Source: Rhodospirillales bacterium
Lineage (GTDB): Bacteria > Pseudomonadota > Alphaproteobacteria > Kiloniellales > JAKSDN01
Reading direction: 5' to 3'
Length of the DNA stretch: 64,000 bases
NCBI GenBank assembly: GCA_965225935.1
Contig: CBDDCC010000013.1
Coordinates: forward strand, 517,100 to 581,099
Positions 42,183 to 52,121 of the stretch are shown here, piece by piece (within the stretch, counting starts at the first letter, position 1; the number at the start of each line of letters is the position of its first letter). Made by a program: the position numbers and the translations under genes. The notes under the pieces are model-generated. The model searched no databases. It was given only the letters and a program-made list of their open reading frames with translations, and was not told the origin of the DNA.

Positions 42183-43937
42183 GTGGAACGTAGATTGGCC
42201 GCCATCTTGGCCGCAGATGTTGTCGGATATAGCCGCCTTGTGGGCGTGGACGAGGCTGGCACTATCTCCGCTCTCAAGAACCTTCGCACGGATTTCATCG
42301 AGCCCCTGATCGCAGCCCATCGGGGCCGGATCGTGAAACTAATGGGTGATGGTGTGTTGGTGGAGTTCCAGAGTGTGGTCGATGCCGTGGAATGCGCGAT
42401 CGGCTGGCAATCGCGCCAGCCTGAGTGTTCCGGCGGAGTGTCTCTGCAGTTCCGTATCGGCATCAACTCTGGCGACATTGTCATCGACGACGGTGATATC
42501 TACGGCGACGGCGTCAATGTCGCGGCGCGACTCGAAAGTTTAGCCGAACCAGGCGGGATCACTCTCAGTCGACTTGTTTACGACCAGGTTGCGGGCAAAG
42601 TCGAAGCCGCTTTCGAGGACACGGGGGAACATACCGTCAAGAACATCGCTAAGCCTATTCGGGTCTATCGCATCCGCCCTGGCAAGAGGGACCGTGGTGG
42701 CCCCGGTGGGGCGGCTGATAGTCCAGCGGCACCCAGGTTCACCGAGAAGCCGGCCATCGCGGTCCTTCCCTTCAACAATATGAGCGCTGATCCGGATCAG
42801 GAATACTTCGCCGACGGCATCACCGAGGACATCATCACCGCCCTCTCACTGTGGCGCAGCTTTCCGGTCATCGCGCGAAATTCCAGCTTCACTTACAAGG
42901 GGCAAGATATTGACATACAGCGGGTCGGACGTGAACTGGGTGCGCGCTACGTGCTGGAGGGCAGCGTGCGCAAGGCAGGCAAGCGCGTGCGCGTTACTGG
43001 TCAGTTGATCGATGCTGCAACGAACGCGCATCTATGGGCCGAACGCTATAACAGAGACCTAGTCGATATCTTCGATCTACAAGATGAGATTGCCGAGCGA
43101 ATCGTCACGCATATGGTCCCTGAAATGGGACGGGCCGAAGAACGACGGTCCGTCCGCAAGAGGCCTGCCGAGCTGGGCGCCTGGGATCTGTTGCAGCGCG
43201 GATGCTGGCACTATCACCGTCTCACCGAAGCGGACATGGGCCAGGCGCGCGAGTATTTCGAGAAGTCGCTTGAGATCGACCCTCTGTCCGGCCTGGCCCA
43301 AGGATATATCGCAGCAACCCATATGTTCGATGCGGTCATGGGCTGGAGCGATGATCGGGACCAGTCTATCGCCAATGGCATCGCGGCGGCACAACGTGCC
43401 ACCATCCTGGACCCGAATGAGCCGGTTCCGAGAACCGTGCTGGCTTCTTTGAATGTTTTCAACCGCCAACCCGAACGCGGCGTTGAAGAGGCCGAGCGTG
43501 CGATAGAACTCAATCCCTCCTATTCCGTTGGTCACCTGGCCCTGGGTTACGCGCTGATGTTTTCAGGCCGCCCAGAGGAGGGAATCGAAGGGATGCTAAA
43601 GGCCTTGCGTCTCAGCCCGCGCGATCCGACAAACGCGGTGGCCTGGGCCCAATTGGCACTGGCGCACATCCTGACAAAGGATTTTGACGCCGCCGTGGAC
43701 TATGCGCGCAAATCCCTTGCGGATAATCCGGCCTACGTGACCGCCAGTCACCGGCTCGTCTCCGCCCTTGGACACAAGGGTGACCTCGAAGCTGCCAAGG
43801 TCGCCTTGGCAGACTCGAAGCGCTATCTGCCTGACCCGACATGTACCTATTTCGAACAGGCCTACGCGTTCAGGGACGGCGAAACGTTGGAGTTCTTCCT
43901 CGACGGCCTGCGCAAAGCGGGATGGGAGGGGTCGTAG
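42183..43937 (+). CDS. Class III adenylate/guanylate cyclase with TolB-like and TPR domains
   Basis: AADVVGYS, GDGVNVAARL, IAVLPF.NMS.D..QEYFADGITEDII and TPR repeats. Confidence 0.92.
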   Translation: MERRLAAILAADVVGYSRLVGVDEAGTISALKNLRTDFIEPLIAAHRGRIVKLMGDGVLVEFQSVVDAVECAIGWQSRQPECSGGVSLQFRIGINSGDIVIDDGDIYGDGVNVAARLESLAEPGGITLSRLVYDQVAGKVEAAFEDTGEHTVKNIAKPIRVYRIRPGKRDRGGPGGAADSPAAPRFTEKPAIAVLPFNNMSADPDQEYFADGITEDIITALSLWRSFPVIARNSSFTYKGQDIDIQRVGRELGARYVLEGSVRKAGKRVRVTGQLIDAATNAHLWAERYNRDLVDIFDLQDEIAERIVTHMVPEMGRAEERRSVRKRPAELGAWDLLQRGCWHYHRLTEADMGQAREYFEKSLEIDPLSGLAQGYIAATHMFDAVMGWSDDRDQSIANGIAAAQRATILDPNEPVPRTVLASLNVFNRQPERGVEEAERAIELNPSYSVGHLALGYALMFSGRPEEGIEGMLKALRLSPRDPTNAVAWAQLALAHILTKDFDAAVDYARKSLADNPAYVTASHRLVSALGHKGDLEAAKVALADSKRYLPDPTCTYFEQAYAFRDGETLEFFLDGLRKAGWEGS

Positions 43938-43990
43938 CCTCGGAAGGGCTGAGTTGGGTCAATCTGAGACGTTCTGGAACCCCCTCGAGG

Positions 43991-44017
43991 ACGTCTGCTT
44001 TCAGGGTCAGAGCGGAC
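43991..44017 (+). repeat. Degenerate palindromic repeat GTCnGCTTT-N9-AGCGGA, right copy
   Basis: See 42039-42065. Confidence 0.45.
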
Positions 44018-44126
44018 CGAAGGGGCGGCCGAGGTGCGCCGGGCTGCTGGGCGTCGCCTGGGCGGGCACGCCGCGAAGGCGGGCCCTGCGGGCGGTTGGC
44101 ACCAGTCAGCGCGAGTGGAAACCGCC

Positions 44127-45476
44127 TCAACGCCGCCGGCCGCGCAGGATCGAGACTGCGGCCAACAGGGCGTAGGTGATGCCCAGCACGAGCGGCAGGC
44201 CGTGGGGGCCGAACGCGTCCATGGCGGCGCCCGCCAGGGTCGGGCCGGTGATGCCGCCGAGGCCGAACATGGCGGTGAGCGCCGCCGTGCCGGCCAGGAG
44301 CGTCGCGCCCTGGAAGCGGTCGCCCAGCTCGGCCAGCGCCAGGGTGTAGATGCCGAAGCCGGTGGTGCCCCAGATCAGCACCAGCGGCCACTGCCAGGGG
44401 GTGGCGATGGCTACCGGCAGGACGGCCGAGCCCAGGCAAGTGGCGAGCGCGCAGGCGATCAGCATGGGGCGGCGGCCGAACCGGTCGGCGAGCCAGCCGA
44501 GGGGGAACTGGAGCACGATGTTGCCGGCGATCATGGCCCCCAGCAGATAGCTGGCGCCCGCCTCGTCGAGGCCCTGGCGCAGGCCGTAGAGGGGGAAGAG
44601 GGAGAGGCTCGCCGTATCGAAAACACCGAAGAGGAAGGCGGCCATGAGCAGGGTCGGGGCGAGCGGCAAAAAGGAGAGGAAGGAGACCCGCTCCTCCAGC
44701 CGGGCCGCCGGCACGCTGCGCCGGGCATTCAGCAGGACAACCAGGCCCGCGAGGGCGAAGCCGATGCCCACCAGGAAGGGCGGCCAGCCCTCGGTGCCCG
44801 TGGTCGGCAGCAGCAGCGGTCCGCTGGCGAAGCCGAGGGACAGAAAGCTTGCATAGACCGCCATGACCCGGCCCCGGTTGGTTCCGCTGGCGAGCTGGTT
44901 GACCCACATCTCGCTGATGGCGAAAAGGGCGCCCTCGACCGCGCCCAGGAGGAAGCGCAGCACGAACCAGGCGCCCAGCGACGGCCAGAGCTTTATCAAG
45001 GCCAGCAGTCCGGCCGTCGCCAGGATGCAGAAGATCGCGAGCCGCCAGGCCCCGAGCCGCGCCGCCAGGGTCGGGATCAGCGGCGCCGTCACTACCAGGC
45101 CAAGGGGCAGCATGGCGGCGTTGAGGCCGTTGACGAAGGGGCTGACTCCCCGCTGCTCCAGCAGCAGGGAGAGCAGGGGATAGCTGAGCCCCATGGTGAC
45201 GTCGAAGACAGTGAGGCAGACGATCACCGTCGCCAGCGCCCGCCAGTCCAGCCGGGGCGTCTCGGCTCCGACCCCAGGCCGGGATCGGGCGATCACCGCT
45301 CCGGGCGCAACCGATGTCGCATCGGAGGATGCCTGCCCAGACCCCGCCGGAGACCCCGCGTCGGCCGGCCGGGCCTCGCGGGCGCCGCGCGAGGGGCCGG
45401 CGGAGGACCCGGTGGCGGACCCGTCGCCGGAGGGCGCCCCCGGCTGTACCGGACGGTCCGGTCGCTTCCGCTCCAA
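44127..45476 (-). CDS. MFS transporter
   Basis: About 12 TM segments and GWLADRFGRR motif; start uncertain. Confidence 0.88.
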   Translation of the reverse strand: MERKRPDRPVQPGAPSGDGSATGSSAGPSRGAREARPADAGSPAGSGQASSDATSVAPGAVIARSRPGVGAETPRLDWRALATVIVCLTVFDVTMGLSYPLLSLLLEQRGVSPFVNGLNAAMLPLGLVVTAPLIPTLAARLGAWRLAIFCILATAGLLALIKLWPSLGAWFVLRFLLGAVEGALFAISEMWVNQLASGTNRGRVMAVYASFLSLGFASGPLLLPTTGTEGWPPFLVGIGFALAGLVVLLNARRSVPAARLEERVSFLSFLPLAPTLLMAAFLFGVFDTASLSLFPLYGLRQGLDEAGASYLLGAMIAGNIVLQFPLGWLADRFGRRPMLIACALATCLGSAVLPVAIATPWQWPLVLIWGTTGFGIYTLALAELGDRFQGATLLAGTAALTAMFGLGGITGPTLAGAAMDAFGPHGLPLVLGITYALLAAVSILRGRRR

Positions 45477-45499
45477 GGCCTACTCCCGATCTCGGTGCT

Positions 45500-45579
45500 T
45501 TACCGGCAAAAATAATTTTGATAGTTATACAGATCCATTGCATTTCCACGGTAACCTGTCAAACTGATTTCAATGGTTA
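45500..45579. promoter_or_regulatory. Two tandem operator-like palindromes TWACC-N18-RGTTA
   Basis: TTACCggCAAAAataaTTTTGatAGTTA (45500-45527) and TAACCtgTCAAActgaTTTCAatGGTTA (45552-45579). Confidence 0.55.
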
Positions 45580-45616
45580 TCTGCCTGCGAGCATCCGCCG
45601 CGCACCCGTTTCGGGG

Positions 45617-46318
45617 ATGGAAGTAGTGGCGGAGGCGGGCGCACCGGCCTCCGATGGAGGCCCGCCGCCCGCGGGAGGACCGCCGCTGCTTGGCGGCGCA
45701 CTCTCGCTGGACTTCGCCAACACCCTGGAATGGCGCGGCAGCGATCGCCGACTGGACTGGCTGACCGACTACGGCGCCCTGGTGGACTGGGGCCTGGCGG
45801 CGGGCGCCCTCGACGCGGGCGCGGCGGCGGCGCTCAGGGCCCAGGCCGACTGGGCGCCGGGCAGCGCCGCCGAGCTGCTGGCCGAGGCGGTGGCACTGCG
45901 GGAAGCGCTCTACCGGGTAGCCTCGGCGCTGGCTGCCGGCCGTGCGCCCGAGGAAGAGGAGCTGGCCGACCTCAACCAGCGGCTGGCGCCGCTCCTGGCC
46001 GAGACGCGGCTGCTGCCCCATGCGCGCGGCCTGGGTCCCGCCTGGGGCGGTGCGCCGGACGCGCTCGAAAGGGTGCTCTGGCCGGTGGCGCGCTCGGCCT
46101 TCGAACTGCTCGGCGGGGGGGAGGTGGCGCGGCTTCGCGAGTGCGCCGGCGCAGACTGCCACTGGCTGTTTCTCGACCGCAGCAAGAACCGCTCGCGACG
46201 CTGGTGCGCCATGTCCAACTGCGGCAATCTGGCCAAGGCGCGCCGCCACCGCCGCCGGCAGGGGCGAGGCGCGCGCCAGGAGGCCGGTGACCAAGGCGCA
46301 GGAGACGAAGCGGCATGA
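45617..46318 (+). CDS. ABATE/CGNR zinc-finger protein
   Basis: LDFANT and C...C.WLF.DRSKN.SRRWC.M..CGN motifs. Confidence 0.9.
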   Translation: MEVVAEAGAPASDGGPPPAGGPPLLGGALSLDFANTLEWRGSDRRLDWLTDYGALVDWGLAAGALDAGAAAALRAQADWAPGSAAELLAEAVALREALYRVASALAAGRAPEEEELADLNQRLAPLLAETRLLPHARGLGPAWGGAPDALERVLWPVARSAFELLGGGEVARLRECAGADCHWLFLDRSKNRSRRWCAMSNCGNLAKARRHRRRQGRGARQEAGDQGAGDEAA

Positions 46319-47310
46319 CGGGCGACACTACGGGCGCCATGAGCGACGGCATGACGATCGGCTTCATCGGGCTAGGCAACATCGGCGGCAAGCTGGCGGG
46401 CAGCCTGCAGCGCAACAGCCTGGATCTCACCGTGCGCGACCTCGACCGGACGGCGGCGGCGCCCTTCCTGGAGCGGGGTGCCGCTTGGGCGGAAAGCCCG
46501 CGCGAGTTGGCCGAGACGGTCGACGTGGTCATCACCTGCCTGCCCAGCCCGGCGGCTTCGGCGGCGGTGCTGGAGGCCGAGGACGGAGTGCTCGCCGGCC
46601 TCAGCCCCGGCAAGGTCTGGGCCGAGATGAGCACCACCGACGAGGCCGAGGTGAAGCGCCTGGGCGCGCTGGTGGAAGCCAGGGGCGCGGCCGCCGTCGA
46701 CTGCCCGGTCTCCGGCGGCTGCCACCGGGCGGCGACGGGCAACATCTCGATCTTCGCCGGCTGCGAGCGCGCGACCTTCGAGCGCATGCTGCCGCTGCTG
46801 ACCGTCATGGGCCGGCGCATCCTGCACACCGGGCCGCTCGGCTCGGCCTCGGTGCTGAAGGTCATCACCAACTACCTCGCCACCGCGAACCTGGTGAGCA
46901 TTGCCGAAGCGCTCACGACCGCCAAGCTCGCCGGCATGGACCTCAACACCGCCTACGAGGCGATCCGCATCTCCTCCGGCAACTCTTTCGTCCACGAGAC
47001 CGAGGGCCAGGTGATCCTGAACGGCAGCCGCGACATCAACTTCACCATGGGCCTGGTGCTGAAGGACGTGGGCCTGTTCCAGGCGCTCGCCGACCGGGCG
47101 GGCCTGGACCTCCAGCTCTCGCCGCTCTTGATCGAGATCTTCAAGGAGGGAGCCGCGCGCTACGGCGCGAACGAATGGTCGCCCAACATCGTCCGCCGCC
47201 TGGAAGAGGCCGCGGGCGTCGAGATCCTGGCCCCCGGCTTCCCGGCCGAGATGACCGACGACGAGCCCGAGGAGCCGGGCCACGAGGTGACGGTCGCGCG
47301 CGGCGGCTAG
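46315..47310 (+). CDS. 3-hydroxyisobutyrate dehydrogenase family NAD(P)-dependent oxidoreductase
   Basis: IGFIGLGNIG, DCPVSGG and K..N motifs. Confidence 0.9.
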   Translation: MTGDTTGAMSDGMTIGFIGLGNIGGKLAGSLQRNSLDLTVRDLDRTAAAPFLERGAAWAESPRELAETVDVVITCLPSPAASAAVLEAEDGVLAGLSPGKVWAEMSTTDEAEVKRLGALVEARGAAAVDCPVSGGCHRAATGNISIFAGCERATFERMLPLLTVMGRRILHTGPLGSASVLKVITNYLATANLVSIAEALTTAKLAGMDLNTAYEAIRISSGNSFVHETEGQVILNGSRDINFTMGLVLKDVGLFQALADRAGLDLQLSPLLIEIFKEGAARYGANEWSPNIVRRLEEAAGVEILAPGFPAEMTDDEPEEPGHEVTVARGG

Positions 47311-47343
47311 GCAAGTTTCGCCAAACTGGCTAGCGTCATCCCC

Positions 47344-47748
47344 ATGGCGCCGACGAAGATCCTGGACGACATCCCGGTCATGTATGCCGTGTTCTACGGC
47401 AACCCGGCCGAGAACGACGCCTTCGTGCGCCTTGAGAGCAAGCTCGACTCCCTCAAGGGCCGCAAGTTCTACGGCGTCTACTTCTGGGAGCGCGAAGAAT
47501 ACCGCGCCTGTGTCCGACGGCAGGACGGCGACGATCCCGAAGCGCTCGGCTTGCGCACGGCCACGATCCCGGGCGGGCGCTACGCCTACCGCAGGCTCAA
47601 GGGAGACTACGAGACGATCATCGCCGCCATCGCACCGACCTTCGATGCCCTGGCGCGGGAGCACAGGGTCGATCCCAGCCGGCCGTCGGTCGAGTTCTAC
47701 CGCCGCCACGAGGAGTTCCTGCTCTACCTGCCGGTCCTGGAGGGATAG
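47344..47748 (+). CDS. GyrI-like small-molecule-binding protein
   Basis: YRAC, TIPGGRYA, EFYR and LYLPV motifs. Confidence 0.7.
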   Translation: MAPTKILDDIPVMYAVFYGNPAENDAFVRLESKLDSLKGRKFYGVYFWEREEYRACVRRQDGDDPEALGLRTATIPGGRYAYRRLKGDYETIIAAIAPTFDALAREHRVDPSRPSVEFYRRHEEFLLYLPVLEG

Positions 47749-47902
47749 CGCTGGGGAGCGAAGCCTTGCGCGGCCTGCTGCCGGAGCACGCTTTCGGGAC
47801 GGCTGTTGCCAAGCTCCTGACAGGAGGCTGTCAGCACCGCTCGGCTAGACTTTTCCGTAGAGAGACGGGAGCCCCTTGCGGGCGTGGATCGGGAGGCCGA
47901 CG

Positions 47903-48787
47903 ATGGGTCGCGTGAACGCAGACGATGGAGAGGGCAAGCTGGAACGGAACGCCACGGCGCGGAAGGCCCAGGCCTTCCTCGAGCTGCACCGGGCGCCGGG
48001 CGCCTTCGTCATGCCCAACGCCTGGGACGCCGGCAGCGCGCGCCTGCTGGCCGCGGCCGGCTTCCCGGCCCTCGGCACAACGAGCGCCGGCATCGCATTT
48101 GCCAGGGGCCTGCCGGACTACGAGGACCGGATTTCCCGCACCGACATGCTGGAGGCCTGCGCCGGCATCGCCGGTGCCGTGGACCTGCCGGTGAGCGGCG
48201 ACCTGGAGGCGGGCTACGGCGCGACGCCCGAGGAGGTGGCCAAGACCTACCGCCTCTCCATCGATGCCGGTCTTGCCGGCGGCAGTATCGAGGACCACAG
48301 CACCGCCGCGGCGGACGGTCTCTACGACGTCGAGGAGGCGGCCGAGCGGGTCGCCGCCGCCCGCGCGGCGATCGACGGCACGGGCGTGCCCTTCGTGCTG
48401 ACGGCCCGGGCCGAGTGTTACCTGGTGGACCACCCGGACGCCTTCGCCGAGTCCGTGCGCCGCCTCAACCGCTACCGGGAGGCTGGCGCCGACTGCCTCT
48501 ACGCGCCCGGCCAGCGCAGCGCGGAGGAGATCGGCGCCCTGGTGCGCGAGGTGGACGGGCCCGTCAACGTGGTCATGGGCCTCGTCGGCGCGGCGCTGAC
48601 GGTGGCCGATCTGGCGGGGCTCGGCGTCAAGCGCATCAGCGTCGGCGGCAGCCTCGCCCGCACCGCCCTCGGTGCTCTCGTGGCGGCGGCCAAGGAGATC
48701 GCCGAGGCCGGCAGCTTCACCTACGCCAAAGATGCCATTCCCGACGGCGAGCTGAGCGCCTTCCTGGCGGGCTGCGAGGACGAATGA
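47903..48787 (+). CDS. Isocitrate lyase/PEP mutase family protein
   Basis: PNAWDAGSA, TTSAG, DLEAGYG, IED and AGADC motifs. Confidence 0.9.
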   Translation: MGRVNADDGEGKLERNATARKAQAFLELHRAPGAFVMPNAWDAGSARLLAAAGFPALGTTSAGIAFARGLPDYEDRISRTDMLEACAGIAGAVDLPVSGDLEAGYGATPEEVAKTYRLSIDAGLAGGSIEDHSTAAADGLYDVEEAAERVAAARAAIDGTGVPFVLTARAECYLVDHPDAFAESVRRLNRYREAGADCLYAPGQRSAEEIGALVREVDGPVNVVMGLVGAALTVADLAGLGVKRISVGGSLARTALGALVAAAKEIAEAGSFTYAKDAIPDGELSAFLAGCEDE

Positions 48788-49446
48788 GCCCGGGTCGGCA
48801 GGTGCCGGACAAAGCCGACGCAGCGGACGCCACGAACGCCACGGGTGCCGCAGACGACGAGGTGCGGGACCGGCTGTTGGCGCTCGTGCGGCGGGACCGG
48901 GAGACCCGCGCGCGCCTCGTCGCCGACGGCACGCTGTTCGACGGCTACCAGGCGGTGATGGAGCGCGTTCATCTGGAGAACGCCCGCGCCCTCGACGCCC
49001 TGCTTGACGCCACAGGCTGGCCGCCGGCGGCGCGGTTCGGCGAGGCGGCGGTCGAGGCCGCGCTCCTGGTGGCGCTCCACTCCATCAGCGCGCCCGATTT
49101 TCAGCGTCGCTGTCGCAATCTGCTGGAGGCCGCGGTCGCCGCCGGCGGGGTGCCGGCCAGCCATCTCGCGCGGCTCGAGGACCGGATCGCCTTCAACGAG
49201 CGCCGGCCGCAGCGCTACGGCACCATCTTCGACTGGGACGAGCGGGGCGAGCTCAGCCCCTGGACCCTGGCGGAGCCGGCCGAGGTGGAGGATTTGAGAC
49301 GCGCCGTCGGCTTGCCGCCGCTGGCCGGCGAGATCGCGCGGCTGCGCCGCGAGTCGCGTGCCGAGGGCAACGCGCCGCCCGCGAGCCACGCCGCGCGCCA
49401 GGCCGAGATCGCGGCCTGGGCACGCAAGGTCGGCTGGATCGCCTGA
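48784..49446 (+). CDS. DUF6624-like protein
   Basis: GWP, LEDRI..NE.RPQRYGT and R..VGLPPL; ATG overlaps the upstream stop; C-terminal part of track ORF 47884..49446. Confidence 0.7.
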   Translation: MSPGRQVPDKADAADATNATGAADDEVRDRLLALVRRDRETRARLVADGTLFDGYQAVMERVHLENARALDALLDATGWPPAARFGEAAVEAALLVALHSISAPDFQRRCRNLLEAAVAAGGVPASHLARLEDRIAFNERRPQRYGTIFDWDERGELSPWTLAEPAEVEDLRRAVGLPPLAGEIARLRRESRAEGNAPPASHAARQAEIAAWARKVGWIA

Positions 49447-49522
49447 CCCGGACGGCTCTCGGGCAGGCATACCAGAAGCTACGCCTGCAGGGGTGGACAC
49501 GAACAGAGGGGGCGGACGCCAC

Positions 49523-50188
49523 ATGGCACAACTGGAGCTCGACCATCTGGTGATCGGGGCGGCGAGCCTGGATCAAGGCGTCGCCTGGCTGGAGCGGCAG
49601 ACCGGCATCGTGCCGCCGCCAGGTGGGGCCCATCCGCGCATGGGCACCCACAACCACGTGACCGCCTTCGGGCCGTCGAGCTATCTTGAGGTGATCGCCG
49701 TCGATCCCGTGGCGCCGCCGCCGAGCGTGCCGCGCTGGTTCGCCCTCGACGATCCGGACGAGCGAGCAAGCCTGGAACGCTGCCCCCGGCCGCTCACCTG
49801 GGTGGCGCGGACGACCGACATCGAGGCGAGCCTGGCGGCGGCCCGGGCGGTCGGCCTGGACCTGGGCCGCCCGGTCGGTATGAGCCGGGGCGATCTCGCC
49901 TGGCGGATCTCGCTCCGGGATGACGGGGGCCTGCCGGAAGGGGGCACCCTGCCGGCCCTCATCGAGTGGCCGCCGGGCCCGCACCCGGCGGGCCGCATGG
50001 CCGACCAGGGCCTCCGCCTCGAGACGCTGGAGCTCCACCATCCCGAGCCGGAGCGGCTCGTCGGCCTGCTGGACGCCCTCGGCGCGGGGCGTCTGGCGGC
50101 CTGCGTGCTGGACGACGCGCCGGCTGTGCGGGCAATTGTGCGTACCGCCGAGGGCGCGCACGTGACCCTGGGCGACGCGGGCGCCTGA
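49523..50188 (+). CDS. VOC family (Glyoxalase_3) protein
   Basis: LDHLV, GGAHP.MGTHN, YLEVIA.DP and P.LIEW motifs. Confidence 0.88.
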   Translation: MAQLELDHLVIGAASLDQGVAWLERQTGIVPPPGGAHPRMGTHNHVTAFGPSSYLEVIAVDPVAPPPSVPRWFALDDPDERASLERCPRPLTWVARTTDIEASLAAARAVGLDLGRPVGMSRGDLAWRISLRDDGGLPEGGTLPALIEWPPGPHPAGRMADQGLRLETLELHHPEPERLVGLLDALGAGRLAACVLDDAPAVRAIVRTAEGAHVTLGDAGA

Positions 50189-50222
50189 GCCGCGGCCGGC
50201 GCGGACCGCCCGGAGCCGACGA

Positions 50223-50867
50223 TCAGGGCGCGGCCTGGGGCGTGATCGGCTGGGACATGATCGCCAGCGGCCGCCCGTCGGGATCGTCGAAGAAGGCCAT
50301 CCACTCCTCGGTGCCGTCGTCGTGCCGGTGGATCATGTGGGGCGGGCTGGTGAAGGCCACGCCGCGCGCCTGCAGCGTCTCGTAGGCGCGGGCGATGTCG
50401 GCGACCCGGAAATAGAGCACGGACTCCGGCGTGACCGACGCCTCGCTCTCCTCCAGGAACAGGCGCGTGCCGCCGCAGTCGAAGAAGGCCAGGCGGCCGA
50501 AGCTGTAGAGATGGGGCAGCCCGAGCACGTCCCGGTACCAGGCCACGGCCCGGGCGAGGTCGGAGACGGAGCGGGAGACCTGCCCGATGGGACCCAGTTG
50601 CAGCTCTTCCGTCATGGCGTCCTCCTGTCGTGCGAGCGCGCTGGCGCGCGGGACCGCGAACCAGCCGGCGAGCGCGCGCTTGTCCGCGAGGCCGATCTTG
50701 GCGCGCGCGTTGGCCAGGTGGAACTTCACCGCGTCCCGGCTGACGCCCCGGCGCCGCGCGATCTCGCCGGTGGAGAGGCCGTGCTGGGCCGCGTGCACCG
50801 TGCGCCACTCGGCGGGCGTCAGGATATCGTCGTGGGGCGGCCGTCCGCGCCTGGCTCGGGTCGTCAT
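50223..50867 (-). CDS. LuxR-type HTH fused to a VOC/glyoxalase domain
   Basis: LTPAEW..V..GLS..EIA...VKFHL.N..K HTH; WYRDVLGL and FFDDPDG VOC motifs. Confidence 0.85.
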   Translation of the reverse strand: MTTRARRGRPPHDDILTPAEWRTVHAAQHGLSTGEIARRRGVSRDAVKFHLANARAKIGLADKRALAGWFAVPRASALARQEDAMTEELQLGPIGQVSRSVSDLARAVAWYRDVLGLPHLYSFGRLAFFDCGGTRLFLEESEASVTPESVLYFRVADIARAYETLQARGVAFTSPPHMIHRHDDGTEEWMAFFDDPDGRPLAIMSQPITPQAAP

Positions 50868-50927
50868 AAGGCGACTCTAGCGGGGCGGGGACGCCTTTAC
50901 ACTCCCCTACCCGGCCGGTGTCGTGGC

Positions 50928-51326
50928 CTACTCGGCCCGCATGTCCAGCCAGGCGTACCAGGAGGCGATGGCGAAGCCGATGAAGACGGCCGAGAACAGC
51001 AGCCGCTGCCAGGCCTTCATGGTGGTGGTGTGGTTCGGGTTGGCGGCCCGGTAGCGCAGCTCCACCGCCTGGCCGAGCGGCCATTCCTCGTTGAGCCCGA
51101 TGTCGCCCCGCACCTCGTAGGTCTTGCCGTCGGCGGCGCGGAACTCGATGCGCGGGAAGTAGGCGTAGTCGTTGCCCGGGGTCGAGCGCATCTGAGTCAC
51201 GTTGCCGACGACCCGGCCGCTGGCCTGCGGCCAGCGCGAGGCGAGCAGGAAGAGATGGACGAAGGTCCCCAGGCCGACCACGCTGGCCACCAGGGCGGCG
51301 ATCAGGGTGACAGTGGCGACCGACAT
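50928..51326 (-). CDS. DUF3592-like membrane protein
   Basis: TM - W..A.G.V - P.IEF...DG - G..V.LRY...NP - TM layout. Confidence 0.7.
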   Translation of the reverse strand: MSVATVTLIAALVASVVGLGTFVHLFLLASRWPQASGRVVGNVTQMRSTPGNDYAYFPRIEFRAADGKTYEVRGDIGLNEEWPLGQAVELRYRAANPNHTTTMKAWQRLLFSAVFIGFAIASWYAWLDMRAE

Positions 51327-51503
51327 GGCAGGCGTTTCCTCGGTGGCCCTCTTGGGACAAGATTGTGGGCCTCTTCGGACAAGATAAGGCGGCAAGGCTT
51401 AAGAGAAGACTAGAAGCGGGCGCGAACGCCCTCCGAGCGCCATCCGCGCGCGGGCAAGGGTCCAGACAGGCCGGAGGAGCCCATTCATGACGGACAGGCC
51501 GGC

Positions 51504-52028
51504 ATGACGGAGCCCTTCCTCTTCACCTGTGGGCGCTGCGGCGAGACCCACGAAGGCCTGCCCGACTTCGGCTTCGACGCGCCAGTCTATTACCACGAGA
51601 CACCCGAGCCCGAGCGCGCCCGGCGCTGCCGCCTGAGCGACGACCTCTTCGTCCTCGACGAGACCCACTACTTCGTGCGCGGCGTGCTGCTGGTGCCGCT
51701 CCGCGGCACGGAGGCGCAGTTCGGCTGGGGCGTCTGGACCTCCCTCAGCCAGCCCAACTTCGAGCGCTACCTGGAGCTCTGGGACCGGCCCGTCCCCGCC
51801 GGCGAGGGCCCCTACTTCGGCTGGCTCTCGAACCGCCTCCCGTTCTACCCCGACAGCCTCAGCCTCAAGCTCGCCGTCCACCTCCGCGACCAGGGCGAGC
51901 GCCCCCACCTGGAGCTGGAGCCCACCGACCACCCCCTTGCCGTCGACCAGCGCGAGGGCCTCAGTCCCGAACGCGCGCGGGAACTGGTGGAGCGGCTGTT
52001 GCATGACGGGGGTGTCGCTAGCGGATAG
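51504..52028 (+). CDS. DUF2199-like protein
   Basis: C..CG..H.G.P, F.WGVW.SLS, YFGWLSN and HPLA.DQ..G motifs. Confidence 0.8.
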   Translation: MTEPFLFTCGRCGETHEGLPDFGFDAPVYYHETPEPERARRCRLSDDLFVLDETHYFVRGVLLVPLRGTEAQFGWGVWTSLSQPNFERYLELWDRPVPAGEGPYFGWLSNRLPFYPDSLSLKLAVHLRDQGERPHLELEPTDHPLAVDQREGLSPERARELVERLLHDGGVASG

Positions 52029-52121
52029 ATCGCCTTAAGGAATACAACTAAAAGGATGTTTAGCATTAGAAATATTTGTATTATAGTTGTGGTTGTGATC
52101 CTTTGAATAGGAGAGTTTTGA

